DNA of 64,000 nucleotides from a virus (Duplodnaviria; Caudoviricetes): positions 5,079-69,078 of the IMG/VR virus record IMGVR_UViG_3300037418_001409. One strand, given 5' to 3'. The notes under the pieces are model-generated. The model was not told the origin of the DNA. It saw only the letters and a program-made list of their open reading frames with translations, and made no database searches. A program made the position numbers and the translations under genes. How positions within the stretch are numbered: the stretch's first letter is position 1; each line of letters begins with the position of its first letter. Positions 17,622 to 26,846 of this stretch are shown here, piece by piece.

Positions 17622-17897
17622 GATCGCGCCAGCCACAGCGGTAGTAACCTGACCTTGTGCAGTGATGGGCGCCGTGGCGCCTACACCGGATTCGACGAAA
17701 TGGACGGTGATCGCTCCGCCAGGTTGCATGGCGAGGTCGAACGACACCGCGGCTACGTCCTTTCCTGAAAATGCTTCGGCGCGGCAGCAGATCAGCTTGT
17801 GCGTGCTCGGCTCATAGAACGGCTCTACTGTGTAGTGCGCCGTTCCTGCGCAAGCGCCCAGCATTCCGACAAACGGAAGGACGAGCAGGGCTTTCAT
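17583..17897 (-). CDS. Lipoprotein in the lysis module (possible o-spanin)
   Basis: Lipobox LGAC, plus a CC pair. Confidence 0.65.
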   Translation of the reverse strand: MKALLVLPFVGMLGACAGTAHYTVEPFYEPSTHKLICCRAEAFSGKDVAAVSFDLAMQPGGAITVHFVESGVGATAPITAQGQVTTAVAGAISNTAISTAKILK

Positions 17898-18100
17898 TGG
17901 GCGGCCGGCGCTGCGTCCTTCTTCGACATCAGCGTTTGCGCCAGCCAGTGAGCGCCTGACACGATGCCGACAGCAATGGACACCTGTGCGTCGCCATCGA
18001 GATCGATGTGGTAGTGCTTGACGATGGCAGCGAGGACGGACAGTACCGCTGCAGTGACCGCGCCGGCAGCGCCGGTTTGGGCGGGGGAGAGTTTGTTCAT
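17894..18100 (-). CDS. Putative holin (2 TM segments)
   Basis: 68 aa, two hydrophobic segments, basic tail; located in the lysis cassette. Confidence 0.6.
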   Translation of the reverse strand: MNKLSPAQTGAAGAVTAAVLSVLAAIVKHYHIDLDGDAQVSIAVGIVSGAHWLAQTLMSKKDAAPAAQ

Positions 18101-18102
18101 AC

Positions 18103-18657
18103 TTACTCCTGTTCGTGATGGATGATTTCGGAAGGGGTGAATTGATATCCCTCCTTGCCGTACACCTGGGCTAGCCAAAGGGGATATGGCAGGCTATGGA
18201 TTCCAGAATCGCGACCGCGATGATGTTCAGCACAGAGAAGCTTTCCGTTCACCGTCATGTCGTCGACGAAGCTATACGGGTCGTCAATGCTGAATGTCGA
18301 CCAATCGAAGGCTTGCGCATGAGGACCCCATATGCCTTTTTCACAATCGGCACGCACGCGAGACCAGTCGATCATGTTGGCTAGGCTGCGTTCGATCGGA
18401 TGGTGATGGGCCTCAAGCGGGCCGGCCTCGTCAGCGGTTCGACCACAGACGACGCATCGGCCACCCTCACGATCCTCAAGCATCTTCTTCGTACGCCGAA
18501 AAATAGACGTCGTTGTGCGCGGCTCATGGCCGGGCAGAAGAACATCAACGGCGAGCGTTTCCTTTTCTTCGTGGGTTTGCGTTACGTTCTTGAGCCCCTC
18601 GGTCATGCACTTATCGCAAACATGCTCAAGCGGCACGTTATGGCTGCATCTGGTCAT
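18103..18657 (-). CDS. HNH-like Cys/His-rich protein
   Basis: CVVC..EAHHH..NGKLLCAEHH..GIH. Confidence 0.55.
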   Translation of the reverse strand: MTRCSHNVPLEHVCDKCMTEGLKNVTQTHEEKETLAVDVLLPGHEPRTTTSIFRRTKKMLEDREGGRCVVCGRTADEAGPLEAHHHPIERSLANMIDWSRVRADCEKGIWGPHAQAFDWSTFSIDDPYSFVDDMTVNGKLLCAEHHRGRDSGIHSLPYPLWLAQVYGKEGYQFTPSEIIHHEQE

Positions 18658-18673
18658 GGATGGTCCAGAAATG

Positions 18674-18693
18674 AAAAAACCGCCCGCAGGCGG
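18674..18693 (-). terminator. Rho-independent terminator in the late operon
   Basis: CCGCC/GGCGG stem followed by a U-run on the minus strand. Confidence 0.65.
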
Positions 18694-18716
18694 CTAGAGG
18701 TGAGAGGGTTCGGGAA

Positions 18717-19364
18717 TCAGGCAATACCCATCGCTTGTTTCGCGGTGGCATACAGCGCCTTCCGGTGCGACGCGCCGAGCATCGCCGGGTTGATGCGTTT
18801 CGTGATCGAATCCATCGATCCGGCATCCGCCAGCACATTCAAGCCTTTCGTCGACCAAAACCACGCCGAGGTAAGGGCCGCGAGCGCTGGATCGGAGCGA
18901 ACACGATCAGGTTCGCCGACGAGATCAAGCGATAAATCGGTCCCGCACGCTTCGAAGTTGTCGCGGAACGTGAGTTGAATCAGGCCTGCGCCTCGAAATG
19001 CCCAGCCGTCACCGGTCGTGCTGTCGCCGTTTCCGTACTGGTTGGCATAGGCGATATTCGCGATGCGCGCCTGTCGTTCGACTGGGACAGTGCGCTCGCC
19101 AGGCTGTCGCCCCAACGTCGAGGCCAGCGCGGGAGTGATGCGCCGGAACATAACGGGCAGCGCAGCGACGCTGTAGTCGAACGATTCCGCAGTGCGCGCG
19201 AGGCCAGCGCTCTCATGACCGCACTGGGCAAGCCATGCAGCTACCCGTAGGGGAGTATCGATGCCAAACCGATCGCATGCAGTCTGCAATGGCGCGATCC
19301 ATTGCGTCGCGCGCGACAGCGGCGCTCCGGTGCCAGCGGAGACAATCTGAGGCGTGATGTTCAC
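18717..19364 (-). CDS. Endolysin, glycoside hydrolase family 19
   Basis: LAQCGHESAG, YANQYGNGD...GDGWAFRGAGLIQLT; GTG start overlaps the upstream stop. Confidence 0.9.
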   Translation of the reverse strand: MNITPQIVSAGTGAPLSRATQWIAPLQTACDRFGIDTPLRVAAWLAQCGHESAGLARTAESFDYSVAALPVMFRRITPALASTLGRQPGERTVPVERQARIANIAYANQYGNGDSTTGDGWAFRGAGLIQLTFRDNFEACGTDLSLDLVGEPDRVRSDPALAALTSAWFWSTKGLNVLADAGSMDSITKRINPAMLGASHRKALYATAKQAMGIA

Positions 19365-19654
19365 GGATGCCCTCCTGGCAGCTTGCCGTGCATGGCTGCC
19401 CAGATAAACGAAGCGACCGCGATGAACGGCCCGAACCACACCGCGAGTTTTCGAAGCACCCGACCGACGCTGGCGAAGAAATTCACCCCCGTCTTCGCCA
19501 TCTTTAGCAACTCGACGAGTTCCTTGGTGTTGCACTCGATCCGCAACGTCGCCTCGGTATTGGCCGCCAACTCGCTGCGCAGATCGCCGACTTGATGCTC
19601 GGTATTGGACATGCGTTGCTCCAGCGCTCCGATGCGCTCGTGGTCGTGGTTCAA
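19361..19654 (-). CDS. Coiled-coil protein with a C-terminal TM segment (holin/lysis-associated)
   Basis: Directly upstream of and coupled to the endolysin. Confidence 0.55.
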   Translation of the reverse strand: MNHDHERIGALEQRMSNTEHQVGDLRSELAANTEATLRIECNTKELVELLKMAKTGVNFFASVGRVLRKLAVWFGPFIAVASFIWAAMHGKLPGGHP

Positions 19655-19671
19655 ATTCGGCCCCGAAAATG

Positions 19672-19693
19672 AAAAAGCCGCCTAGCGAGCGGC
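19672..19693 (-). terminator. Rho-independent terminator
   Basis: GCCGC stem with a U-run on the minus strand. Confidence 0.6.
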
Positions 19694-19735
19694 CGGTTGT
19701 CGTCATGAGTTAAAATCGGCGGACTGGAGGTCAAA

Positions 19736-19945
19736 ATGACACTGCGATCCATTTTTTCTAAAATCTTCCCGTCTCGATCGAGCGACGTTGATCTGACGGT
19801 TCCATCCATCAAATCTGCCTATGAGGCCGGTCTGTCTAATCAAGACGAGATGCTTGCTAACCCGTATATGAAAGGGACGAAGCAATATGAGGCGTGGGAA
19901 AGAGGTTCGGCCGAGCGAGCCCGTAAGGACATGACCGTGTGGTAA
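19736..19945 (+). CDS. Small hypothetical moron protein
   Basis: GGAGGT RBS; directly upstream of the acyltransferase. Confidence 0.55.
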   Translation: MTLRSIFSKIFPSRSSDVDLTVPSIKSAYEAGLSNQDEMLANPYMKGTKQYEAWERGSAERARKDMTVW

Positions 19946-19953
19946 CGCACCCA

Positions 19954-21060
19954 ATGCAAAAAACCGAGATAACCGCTTTAACCGGCCTGAGATTCTTCGC
20001 CGCCTTCGTCATCGTGCTCGATCATCTGTGGCCAGTGATCTTTAAATTCGAGCGGTTTGCAGTGCTGAATGACGCGATGCATCAGTTGGCCTACTTAGGC
20101 ATGACGCTGTTCTTCGTGTTGAGTGGATTCATCATCCACTACAACTATGTCGACATCGTTGCTCGGCCGGGTGGTTTGCGGAAATTCTTCGTGGCTCGTT
20201 TCAGCCGTCTATATCCGCTCTACTTGCTGGTGCTTGCGCTCGATTTTGCGCTCTATCATCCGCCGATGGATGGTATGGCGCTTCGCATGCTCACGATGAC
20301 TCAATCATGGACATACCAGTTTAGCGATGGTCGATTCCTGCCGTACGGATATCATTTCTCCGTCGTCTCATGGTCGATAAGCACAGAGATATTCTTCTAT
20401 GCCGTCTATCCCGTAATCGGCCCCATGGTGCGTCGTTTGCCTGCGCTTGCGTCGAGCGTTGGCACTGTGATCATCTGCGCGATATGCCTTTGGTGGCTCT
20501 CGATCCATACCCCGAAATTCGATACTCAGGGATGGCTGTGGTACACATCGCCTTACGCTCGAGTGCTCGAATTTATCGTTGGTTGCGCGCTCGCCCACGC
20601 ATATCAGGCCGGTATCAAATTGAGTCGACCGTTTGCAACGCTTGCTGTCGTTTGGATTGCTCTTTTCGTGTTCCGCGGCTTCCTCAGAAACGAGGAGGTT
20701 TCGGTCGGCATGCTGCATCTTGGGTTGCTGCTTCCGATCTCAGTTTTGATCTTTTCGTCCGCGACGTCGCAGTCATTTGCGTGGTTGAGGCATCCATTTG
20801 CAGTGCGCATGGGAGATGCTAGTTATTCGATGTATCTGCTACATCTGATCGTTGTCGAAAAACTCGCTTTCAGCGCGCCACTTGCCGACACGCACGATTC
20901 ATGGGTGAACGCTTGCTCGCGGTTTATCGTGGCATTGCTGGCAATCAGCATCGTCTCCGTGCTCTCGCATCGTTACATCGAGGTTCCGGCACGGAGATGG
21001 CTGAGATCGGCGCTCATGAAACGAGCGCCCACCTCAATTAGTGCATCCGTCGGCAAGTGA
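19954..21060 (+). CDS. Acyltransferase-3 (OafA-like O-antigen/polysaccharide O-acetyltransferase) moron
   Basis: LTGLRFFAA, FFVLSGF, ARFSRLYP, WSISTEIFFY and SYSMYLLH motifs; about 10 TM segments. Confidence 0.9.
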   Translation: MQKTEITALTGLRFFAAFVIVLDHLWPVIFKFERFAVLNDAMHQLAYLGMTLFFVLSGFIIHYNYVDIVARPGGLRKFFVARFSRLYPLYLLVLALDFALYHPPMDGMALRMLTMTQSWTYQFSDGRFLPYGYHFSVVSWSISTEIFFYAVYPVIGPMVRRLPALASSVGTVIICAICLWWLSIHTPKFDTQGWLWYTSPYARVLEFIVGCALAHAYQAGIKLSRPFATLAVVWIALFVFRGFLRNEEVSVGMLHLGLLLPISVLIFSSATSQSFAWLRHPFAVRMGDASYSMYLLHLIVVEKLAFSAPLADTHDSWVNACSRFIVALLAISIVSVLSHRYIEVPARRWLRSALMKRAPTSISASVGK

Positions 21061-23467
21061 TGTAGCCGTTCACCGTAGCCGTAGCACCGGTCACGCTCCC
21101 TGCCTCAGCAACAAGATACAGTGTCGTCGTCGACGATACGTTTTCAACGAGCGTAGTCGGGTTGAGTGTGGTTGTGCCATTTCCTCCCGTCGTCAGCGTG
21201 GTTCCCAGGTATGTCGTGTTCGGGCTGGCCGGCAATGTCGCCGATGTGGTGGTCAGTCCTGCTGCGATGTTTGCCACAACAGCAGAAGTCGCCGGTACGA
21301 AAGTCGCATTACCCCAACAATTCCAGTCTCCAGCCGGGACCGGGATGCTAGTCGCATTGACGGTCGTGCCGCTCGTAATCGTAGTGCCTATGGTGGAATT
21401 GTTGATGGGCTGACCGACTACTCCGCTTCCAGCGGTCGCGCCGTTCGTGACTCCATTGATCGTCGGCGTGTTGATCGTCGGGGAAGAAGTGGCGAAGGCT
21501 GTCGTAGCGATCTGTGTTGTAGCGGTACCCGCAGTTGCAGTCGGGGCGGTAGGGGTGCCGGCCAATGCGGGAGATGTTGCCAAAGCGATCCCGCCGGATC
21601 CGGTTACCGCAGTTCCCAGTGCCGTTGCCACGCCTGTTCCTAGCCCCGACACACCCGTCGAGATTGGCAATCCAGTTGCATTCGTCAACGTGACGGCTGA
21701 AGGAATCCCGAGATTAGGCGTCGTGAGCGTTGGCGATGTCGCCAGTACACTCAATCCCGTTCCGGTGTACCCACCACCAATAGGATTCGATCCGCTGTTT
21801 TGGATCGGCGTCGTGATGTTCCCGCCTTGAATCGTGTTTCCAAGCGCCGCAACAGAAGAAGAGGTTGCATCAGCTTGCACGCCAAACGACGAGTAGCCGC
21901 TGAGAGTATTGTTTGCGATAACGGTGCCGGTCGAACCCGTCAGAAAGAAATCAACCGCACCAGCGTGGGCCGAAGTATTGTAGACGCTGTTGCCCGTGTA
22001 GACATTCCCCGTCGAGTTCGTTTCCTTGATGGCGTACTTGTTGTCGTTGAACGCCGAATTCGTCACCTTTATGTTAGAACTGCTCACTGAGTTTACACCG
22101 ACAGCGTATGCGTAGTTTGCTTCGCCGCCGATCTGTACTCCTTGAATCTGCAGCGAGCCCACGCACGACGAGCAGTAGATACCATCGGTCTCCGCGAGCA
22201 TGCTAACCGGATTGATCCAGCCATCGGAGATCGTCAACATCTGCTGCGCGGGCAGAGCATTGACCAAGATGCCTTGCAGCGTGAAACCGTCGACCACAGG
22301 ATTGTGGACGATGACATCGGCGTAACCACCGGCCGTCGCCGTCGAATAATCGAACTCATAGCCGTAGTTCGTTTCGGCGGTCGCAGCGTTGCTGAAATAC
22401 AAGTCTGAGACATATGCCCCATATGCTTTGTACCCAATCTGCCCGGTCGGACCGCTGTACGAGCCAGTGCCCGAGACGTAAGTATCGCGCCACGTCGAGG
22501 ATTCATTGCCTCCTGCGCAACCGCCACCGCCATTGATGTTCCATCCGGTGAAACCGTTTGTCGCCGCAGAGTACGTCATGCCTGCTCGTTCGAATGCGCT
22601 GTTCGTGGCGCATTCCATATCGGTGCCAGTGAAAAAGTTGTTCGCCTGGACATCGATGATTTTCGCGAGCGATGTGAAGTGCAGCGTAATGCCGACGTTC
22701 GTCGTGCCGGCCGTCGATGATGTGAGACTGAAATCGCGGAAGGCCAGTCCCGTAATGGGGGACCCGAGGGAGCCAGTCGCGTTGATGCCATTGACGTTCG
22801 TGCCGCTGACATTGACGGTCGTTGCGAACTTCCCGGCACCGACCAATGCAACATTGGCTTTAGGCGTGACCGTGCTTTGCCACGTGTACGTACCGGGCGC
22901 CATACTGATGACGCCATGCACATTTTGCAGGAAGGAATAAGCGGTATTGAAGCCACCCGCAGAGTCAGACGCCGACACACTACCGCCGAACCATTCGGGA
23001 TAAGCGGTCATCCCGACATCGGCCTGAGGCATCAAATTAGCGAAGATCTGCGTTCGGCCTGCGAGAATCTGTTGCTGGAACTGGACTAGTTCCGTGCCAT
23101 TCGTACCGATTATCTCTCCGTTGGCTTGAAACTGGACCTGCGTGTTAGGCGAAAACGTGATGGCTGTGCTGATCTTCGATGGGCACGAGATAATCAACGT
23201 TGTTGGCGTCGATCCGATTGTCGAAATCGCGCTAGACCATGCCGCATTGTCAATCGTCGACCCATCGCAATGCGGAGCGAAGTCTGTGAAGTTGACGATC
23301 TGATTGAGCTTGCCCGCTACCGTCGTCGCATTCGGGTTATTGAAGGTGAGCGAATACGGGACCGTAGACGTACCAAGAACCGTGAGATTCTGGAACGTCG
23401 GCGATGGATATGTCTGGGCGAGCGCGACCAGTGGCAGCCAAAGCAGCGCCAAGAGCAGCTTTTTCAT
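21038..23467 (-). CDS. Tailspike-like parallel beta-helix (pectate lyase superfamily) depolymerase with an N-terminal signal-like peptide
   Basis: WFGG...DSAGGFN.A, G.Y, LVGAG and repeated N-rich beta-helix turns; located in the tail module. Confidence 0.75.
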   Translation of the reverse strand: MKKLLLALLWLPLVALAQTYPSPTFQNLTVLGTSTVPYSLTFNNPNATTVAGKLNQIVNFTDFAPHCDGSTIDNAAWSSAISTIGSTPTTLIISCPSKISTAITFSPNTQVQFQANGEIIGTNGTELVQFQQQILAGRTQIFANLMPQADVGMTAYPEWFGGSVSASDSAGGFNTAYSFLQNVHGVISMAPGTYTWQSTVTPKANVALVGAGKFATTVNVSGTNVNGINATGSLGSPITGLAFRDFSLTSSTAGTTNVGITLHFTSLAKIIDVQANNFFTGTDMECATNSAFERAGMTYSAATNGFTGWNINGGGGCAGGNESSTWRDTYVSGTGSYSGPTGQIGYKAYGAYVSDLYFSNAATAETNYGYEFDYSTATAGGYADVIVHNPVVDGFTLQGILVNALPAQQMLTISDGWINPVSMLAETDGIYCSSCVGSLQIQGVQIGGEANYAYAVGVNSVSSSNIKVTNSAFNDNKYAIKETNSTGNVYTGNSVYNTSAHAGAVDFFLTGSTGTVIANNTLSGYSSFGVQADATSSSVAALGNTIQGGNITTPIQNSGSNPIGGGYTGTGLSVLATSPTLTTPNLGIPSAVTLTNATGLPISTGVSGLGTGVATALGTAVTGSGGIALATSPALAGTPTAPTATAGTATTQIATTAFATSSPTINTPTINGVTNGATAGSGVVGQPINNSTIGTTITSGTTVNATSIPVPAGDWNCWGNATFVPATSAVVANIAAGLTTTSATLPASPNTTYLGTTLTTGGNGTTTLNPTTLVENVSSTTTLYLVAEAGSVTGATATVNGYITCRRMH

Positions 23468-23518
23468 TTGTACTCCGCGAGATGGGTATTTCTAAGAAAC
23501 CGAAGCAGGAAGGGATAA

Positions 23519-23740
23519 TTACGAGATTGAAACCACGCCACCGTCATTCCACACAACGCCAGCAGTTGAAGGGCGCGAAGTAGGTAACCCAGATGCCCAT
23601 GCGGTCGAGTTGGATGATCCGATGATCGACGAGAGCATAGAGAGAGGCATGGAGCATTCCGCTTTCTCGCCATTCTGCTCTTGCAAGATCGTCACGATTT
23701 CATTCCCTGTGAGGGGCTGTGGCAGGCCGTGTATTTTCAT
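23519..23740 (-). CDS. Small tail-associated protein
   Basis: C-terminal LPTS.P..AGVVWNDGGVVSIS motif shared with 24469-25368. Confidence 0.55.
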   Translation of the reverse strand: MKIHGLPQPLTGNEIVTILQEQNGEKAECSMPLSMLSSIIGSSNSTAWASGLPTSRPSTAGVVWNDGGVVSIS

Positions 23741-23742
23741 GA

Positions 23743-24462
23743 TTAGTATCCGAAGGCGAACCAAAACACTGGGGCTCCTGCCAGTGGCGTCCCGTTTGTA
23801 TTGAGCACATCGATTTCGATTCCGGTAACAGTCAGGCTTCTAAGAGTCGTACATCCGGCGATAGCCGATGAATTGGTTATGATTCCGGTCCCGGCGATCC
23901 AGCCATTCGGGAACTGCTGAGTGAAGGTTGCGGTAGCCACACCCGATGAGTTGGTCGTGAAAGCCCCGTACTTGAGAATGAAAAGACCGCTCGGGGTTTC
24001 ACTGCTCGGGAAGGTTTGACTGCCGTTCGCGGTACTGAAATACCCTCCGAATTGACCAAGATTCACAGCATGAGCGTCTAGAAGTGCGGTGCCGACTGAT
24101 ACCGGTTGCTGGAACGTATTGTTTCCTGTGAATGTGTTGGTCGCGCCGAGTTGCGGTAGCGATCCCATCTGGCCCTTCGTCGGAGCGCTAAAAGCGAAAT
24201 CTCCCGTGGACCAAGCCAGGGCGGCGGTACCCTCTTGCCCACGTAGCAAGCCGCTCAATGTCGCTCCAGAAATAGAGGTCGCATAAATGATCTCGTAGTT
24301 CTGACGTGTCGACGCATCATTAAGCGTAATGACGAGCACTTGACCGGACGGAATGGACGACGGCAGGTTTGCCGCGCTCGACAATGTCAAGGACGTCGCG
24401 GAAGTCGAAATGTTTCCCGCCAGCGTCGTGTTGACGTTGTTCGCGAAAATGAAGATGGTCAT
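23743..24462 (-). CDS. Tail fibre protein (gp53-like C-terminal domain)
   Basis: LLRGQEGTAA N-terminal domain; GLFILKYG...TFTQQFPN...WFAFGY. Confidence 0.7.
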   Translation of the reverse strand: MTIFIFANNVNTTLAGNISTSATSLTLSSAANLPSSIPSGQVLVITLNDASTRQNYEIIYATSISGATLSGLLRGQEGTAALAWSTGDFAFSAPTKGQMGSLPQLGATNTFTGNNTFQQPVSVGTALLDAHAVNLGQFGGYFSTANGSQTFPSSETPSGLFILKYGAFTTNSSGVATATFTQQFPNGWIAGTGIITNSSAIAGCTTLRSLTVTGIEIDVLNTNGTPLAGAPVFWFAFGY

Positions 24463-24468
24463 ATATAA

Positions 24469-25368
24469 TTAAGCGATCGAGACGACGCCGCCGTTGTTCC
24501 ACAGTTGCCCGGTACCGACCCCAGGATTAGATATCGGAAGATCTCCGCCACCCATGGAAAGCAGTTGCTGAGGAAATGTGTACTGAAAATACAGCGGAGC
24601 AGCAGATGGATTAGGAGTGTGCCCAGGTATCACAGATATCACTCCGCCATTCCACCAGGCCGATCCCGCTACTAGGCCCATTGGGCTAGTTGGGTAGGTC
24701 AAAGAAATGGGGAGATAGAGCACCCCACCATCATTTATGAAGCTGTCTGTTACGAAATTCAGCGTGTATTGGAATGGGAATGTCAGTGCGCCATTCGCAT
24801 AGCAGAGTTGCAACGCTGAGTATGCCGTGCTGTTGTACGAAGTTACTGTAAAGGTCGTGCCCGATACGGTGACCGATGGAGGGAAATTCAAAACCGGATA
24901 GTCTCCCCCATTTGCTCCATTGAGGAATCGATTGATTCTATTTTTCACCCAACCGATCGTGAACATCTGTCCGTCACCGCGGTACAGAATCCACGTCATG
25001 ACGCGCTTGTAGATGTCGTCGTTTGCTATTGATGCGGTTTGGTTTGACGAGAAATACAAACCGTTGTAACTGATGGTGTTGTAGGCATTCTCGTCATATC
25101 CGGCTAGCCTCAGTGTCGCCGTAGAGGCGAGAACGGGACGCGCAATCCCATAAACCCCGTTACCAATCCAGTCCAGCAAAGATCCTGTGATATAAGGTGA
25201 CGTGTACAATCCTAACGGCGCGTTGTTGAACCACGACACGTATCCCTGCGTGATCGAGTTGTACGCGTCGACGAATGCCTGCAAGTTCTCATCGTCTGAG
25301 TATTCGGCAAAAAGATAGCTTGGTATCGCCTGCTTCAGGGGAGAGGTCGAGAAGGATTCGATCTGCAT
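24469..25368 (-). CDS. Baseplate wedge protein (DUF2612-like position)
   Basis: LLDWIGNGVYGIARP; follows baseplate J. Confidence 0.65.
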   Translation of the reverse strand: MQIESFSTSPLKQAIPSYLFAEYSDDENLQAFVDAYNSITQGYVSWFNNAPLGLYTSPYITGSLLDWIGNGVYGIARPVLASTATLRLAGYDENAYNTISYNGLYFSSNQTASIANDDIYKRVMTWILYRGDGQMFTIGWVKNRINRFLNGANGGDYPVLNFPPSVTVSGTTFTVTSYNSTAYSALQLCYANGALTFPFQYTLNFVTDSFINDGGVLYLPISLTYPTSPMGLVAGSAWWNGGVISVIPGHTPNPSAAPLYFQYTFPQQLLSMGGGDLPISNPGVGTGQLWNNGGVVSIA

Positions 25369-25369
25369 G

Positions 25370-26788
25370 CTAGCTCTGCGTCACAGTGACGCCATTCGAG
25401 GCGCAGTTAAAGAAGCTCTCCGGATCGCTTGGAATAATGCTGGTCCCGGCGGTCGGGCTAACAGATACCCCGTTGACCGTCACGGTGAACTGAAGTGTCG
25501 TGATGTTCTGCGGCAAAATCACCGATGACACGGCATTCTGGAAAACTTCCGTCATCATCAAAAGATTGATGGGCTGACCCACATAAATCGAATTCAGATA
25601 CGCTTGCAGTGCCGGGGCCGCCAACTGCGCGACAGACGTGCCACCAGTGAAATTCGCCATGGTTGTATGCCATGTGACCGATACCGTGACGTTTTGTTGA
25701 GGGGGTATGACGAACGGGATCGTATAGGTGTTCGGATTTTGAAAAAGTGACACCGATACGTTACGAGGATTGGGTGAGAGCGTCGCTCCGCTCACATAGG
25801 CGCCAAATCCAGAGCCATTCGTCGTGGTAGTGATCGTCGTCGCCGTGACAGAGGAGATCGTGTATGTCAGGTTGTATGCGTTTGGCGTTGCACCTGCGAC
25901 AGTGACCGTTTGCCCCGCTATGTATCCGTGATTCAGATTTGTGGTGATGACTACTGGATTAGCGGCTGTCATGCCTGTGATGGCGAGTTGTGACCCTTGC
26001 AACGTTGCGATGTCGCCAACGCCCTGCAGGATGGCATTAGCCACTGAATACGCATCGCCGCCGCCGCATACGATCTGCCAACCGCCCGACACAGCATTGA
26101 TCGAAACTAGGCGAGCCTGAACTCCGGTCACCTTCTCGATCAATGTTTTGACGTATGCCGGAGTTCCGATCGAAGACACCTGGCCAGCCTGCAGTACACG
26201 CGATCGATATGCCTGAACGCTTTCGGCGGATGTTGCAGGAAATCCAGCACTCGGATTGGTGACTGTGACGGTGTACGCGCTTGGGATAGATGTAACAAGC
26301 TTAGTGACCGTATTTGCGGGGATGGGGAATGTCCCGCTGTTGGTCGCGACCGCATACAGCAAAGGCGTCATTCCATTCGACTGAATGACTCCTCCATCCT
26401 GAAGCGCATACTGATTGGAGCCATCCCCTACCAGGAAGCCGGGCTGAAAAACATATCCCGCCGGTCCAGTGAATTGCACATAGACATTTCCGTTCGCACT
26501 AACACCCTGCGGCACCCCAAACTGAGCGCCCAGCTGTGCGAGCAGAAACGCATTGGCTCCATATGGGCTTACGCTGTTGATGGCGTCGACTCGCGCCTGA
26601 TCAATCGCGGTTAGGGCGCCAACGGAGGTTCCCGAGACATCATCTATGAGGCCAGCCGGTAGAACCGTGTAGCCCGGAACCTGATTTGAGACGTAGTTGA
26701 TCAGGTTTGAGTACAGCGTCGACACCGGAGTTGCTACCGGCCCCGCGCTCGTCATGATCAACGGGATGGACGTAGGATTGATAGCCAT
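25370..26788 (-). CDS. Baseplate J-like protein with an inserted beta-rich domain
   Basis: ESVQAYRSRV, GT..YVK..IEKVTGV. Confidence 0.75.
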   Translation of the reverse strand: MAINPTSIPLIMTSAGPVATPVSTLYSNLINYVSNQVPGYTVLPAGLIDDVSGTSVGALTAIDQARVDAINSVSPYGANAFLLAQLGAQFGVPQGVSANGNVYVQFTGPAGYVFQPGFLVGDGSNQYALQDGGVIQSNGMTPLLYAVATNSGTFPIPANTVTKLVTSIPSAYTVTVTNPSAGFPATSAESVQAYRSRVLQAGQVSSIGTPAYVKTLIEKVTGVQARLVSINAVSGGWQIVCGGGDAYSVANAILQGVGDIATLQGSQLAITGMTAANPVVITTNLNHGYIAGQTVTVAGATPNAYNLTYTISSVTATTITTTTNGSGFGAYVSGATLSPNPRNVSVSLFQNPNTYTIPFVIPPQQNVTVSVTWHTTMANFTGGTSVAQLAAPALQAYLNSIYVGQPINLLMMTEVFQNAVSSVILPQNITTLQFTVTVNGVSVSPTAGTSIIPSDPESFFNCASNGVTVTQS

Positions 26789-26802
26789 TCGGCGCGGGCA
26801 AT

Positions 26803-26825
26803 AAAAAATCCCGCTACAAGCGGGC
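26803..26825 (-). terminator. Rho-independent terminator
   Basis: CCCGCT/AGCGGG stem with a U-run. Confidence 0.6.
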
Positions 26826-26846
26826 TATGGTCTGGAGCAGAAGTTT

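Noticed and set aside
18717-19706. 329-aa endolysin from the ORF track
   Set aside because: The N-terminal extension overlaps another gene in a different frame. GTG 19364, coupled to the upstream stop, is the better start.
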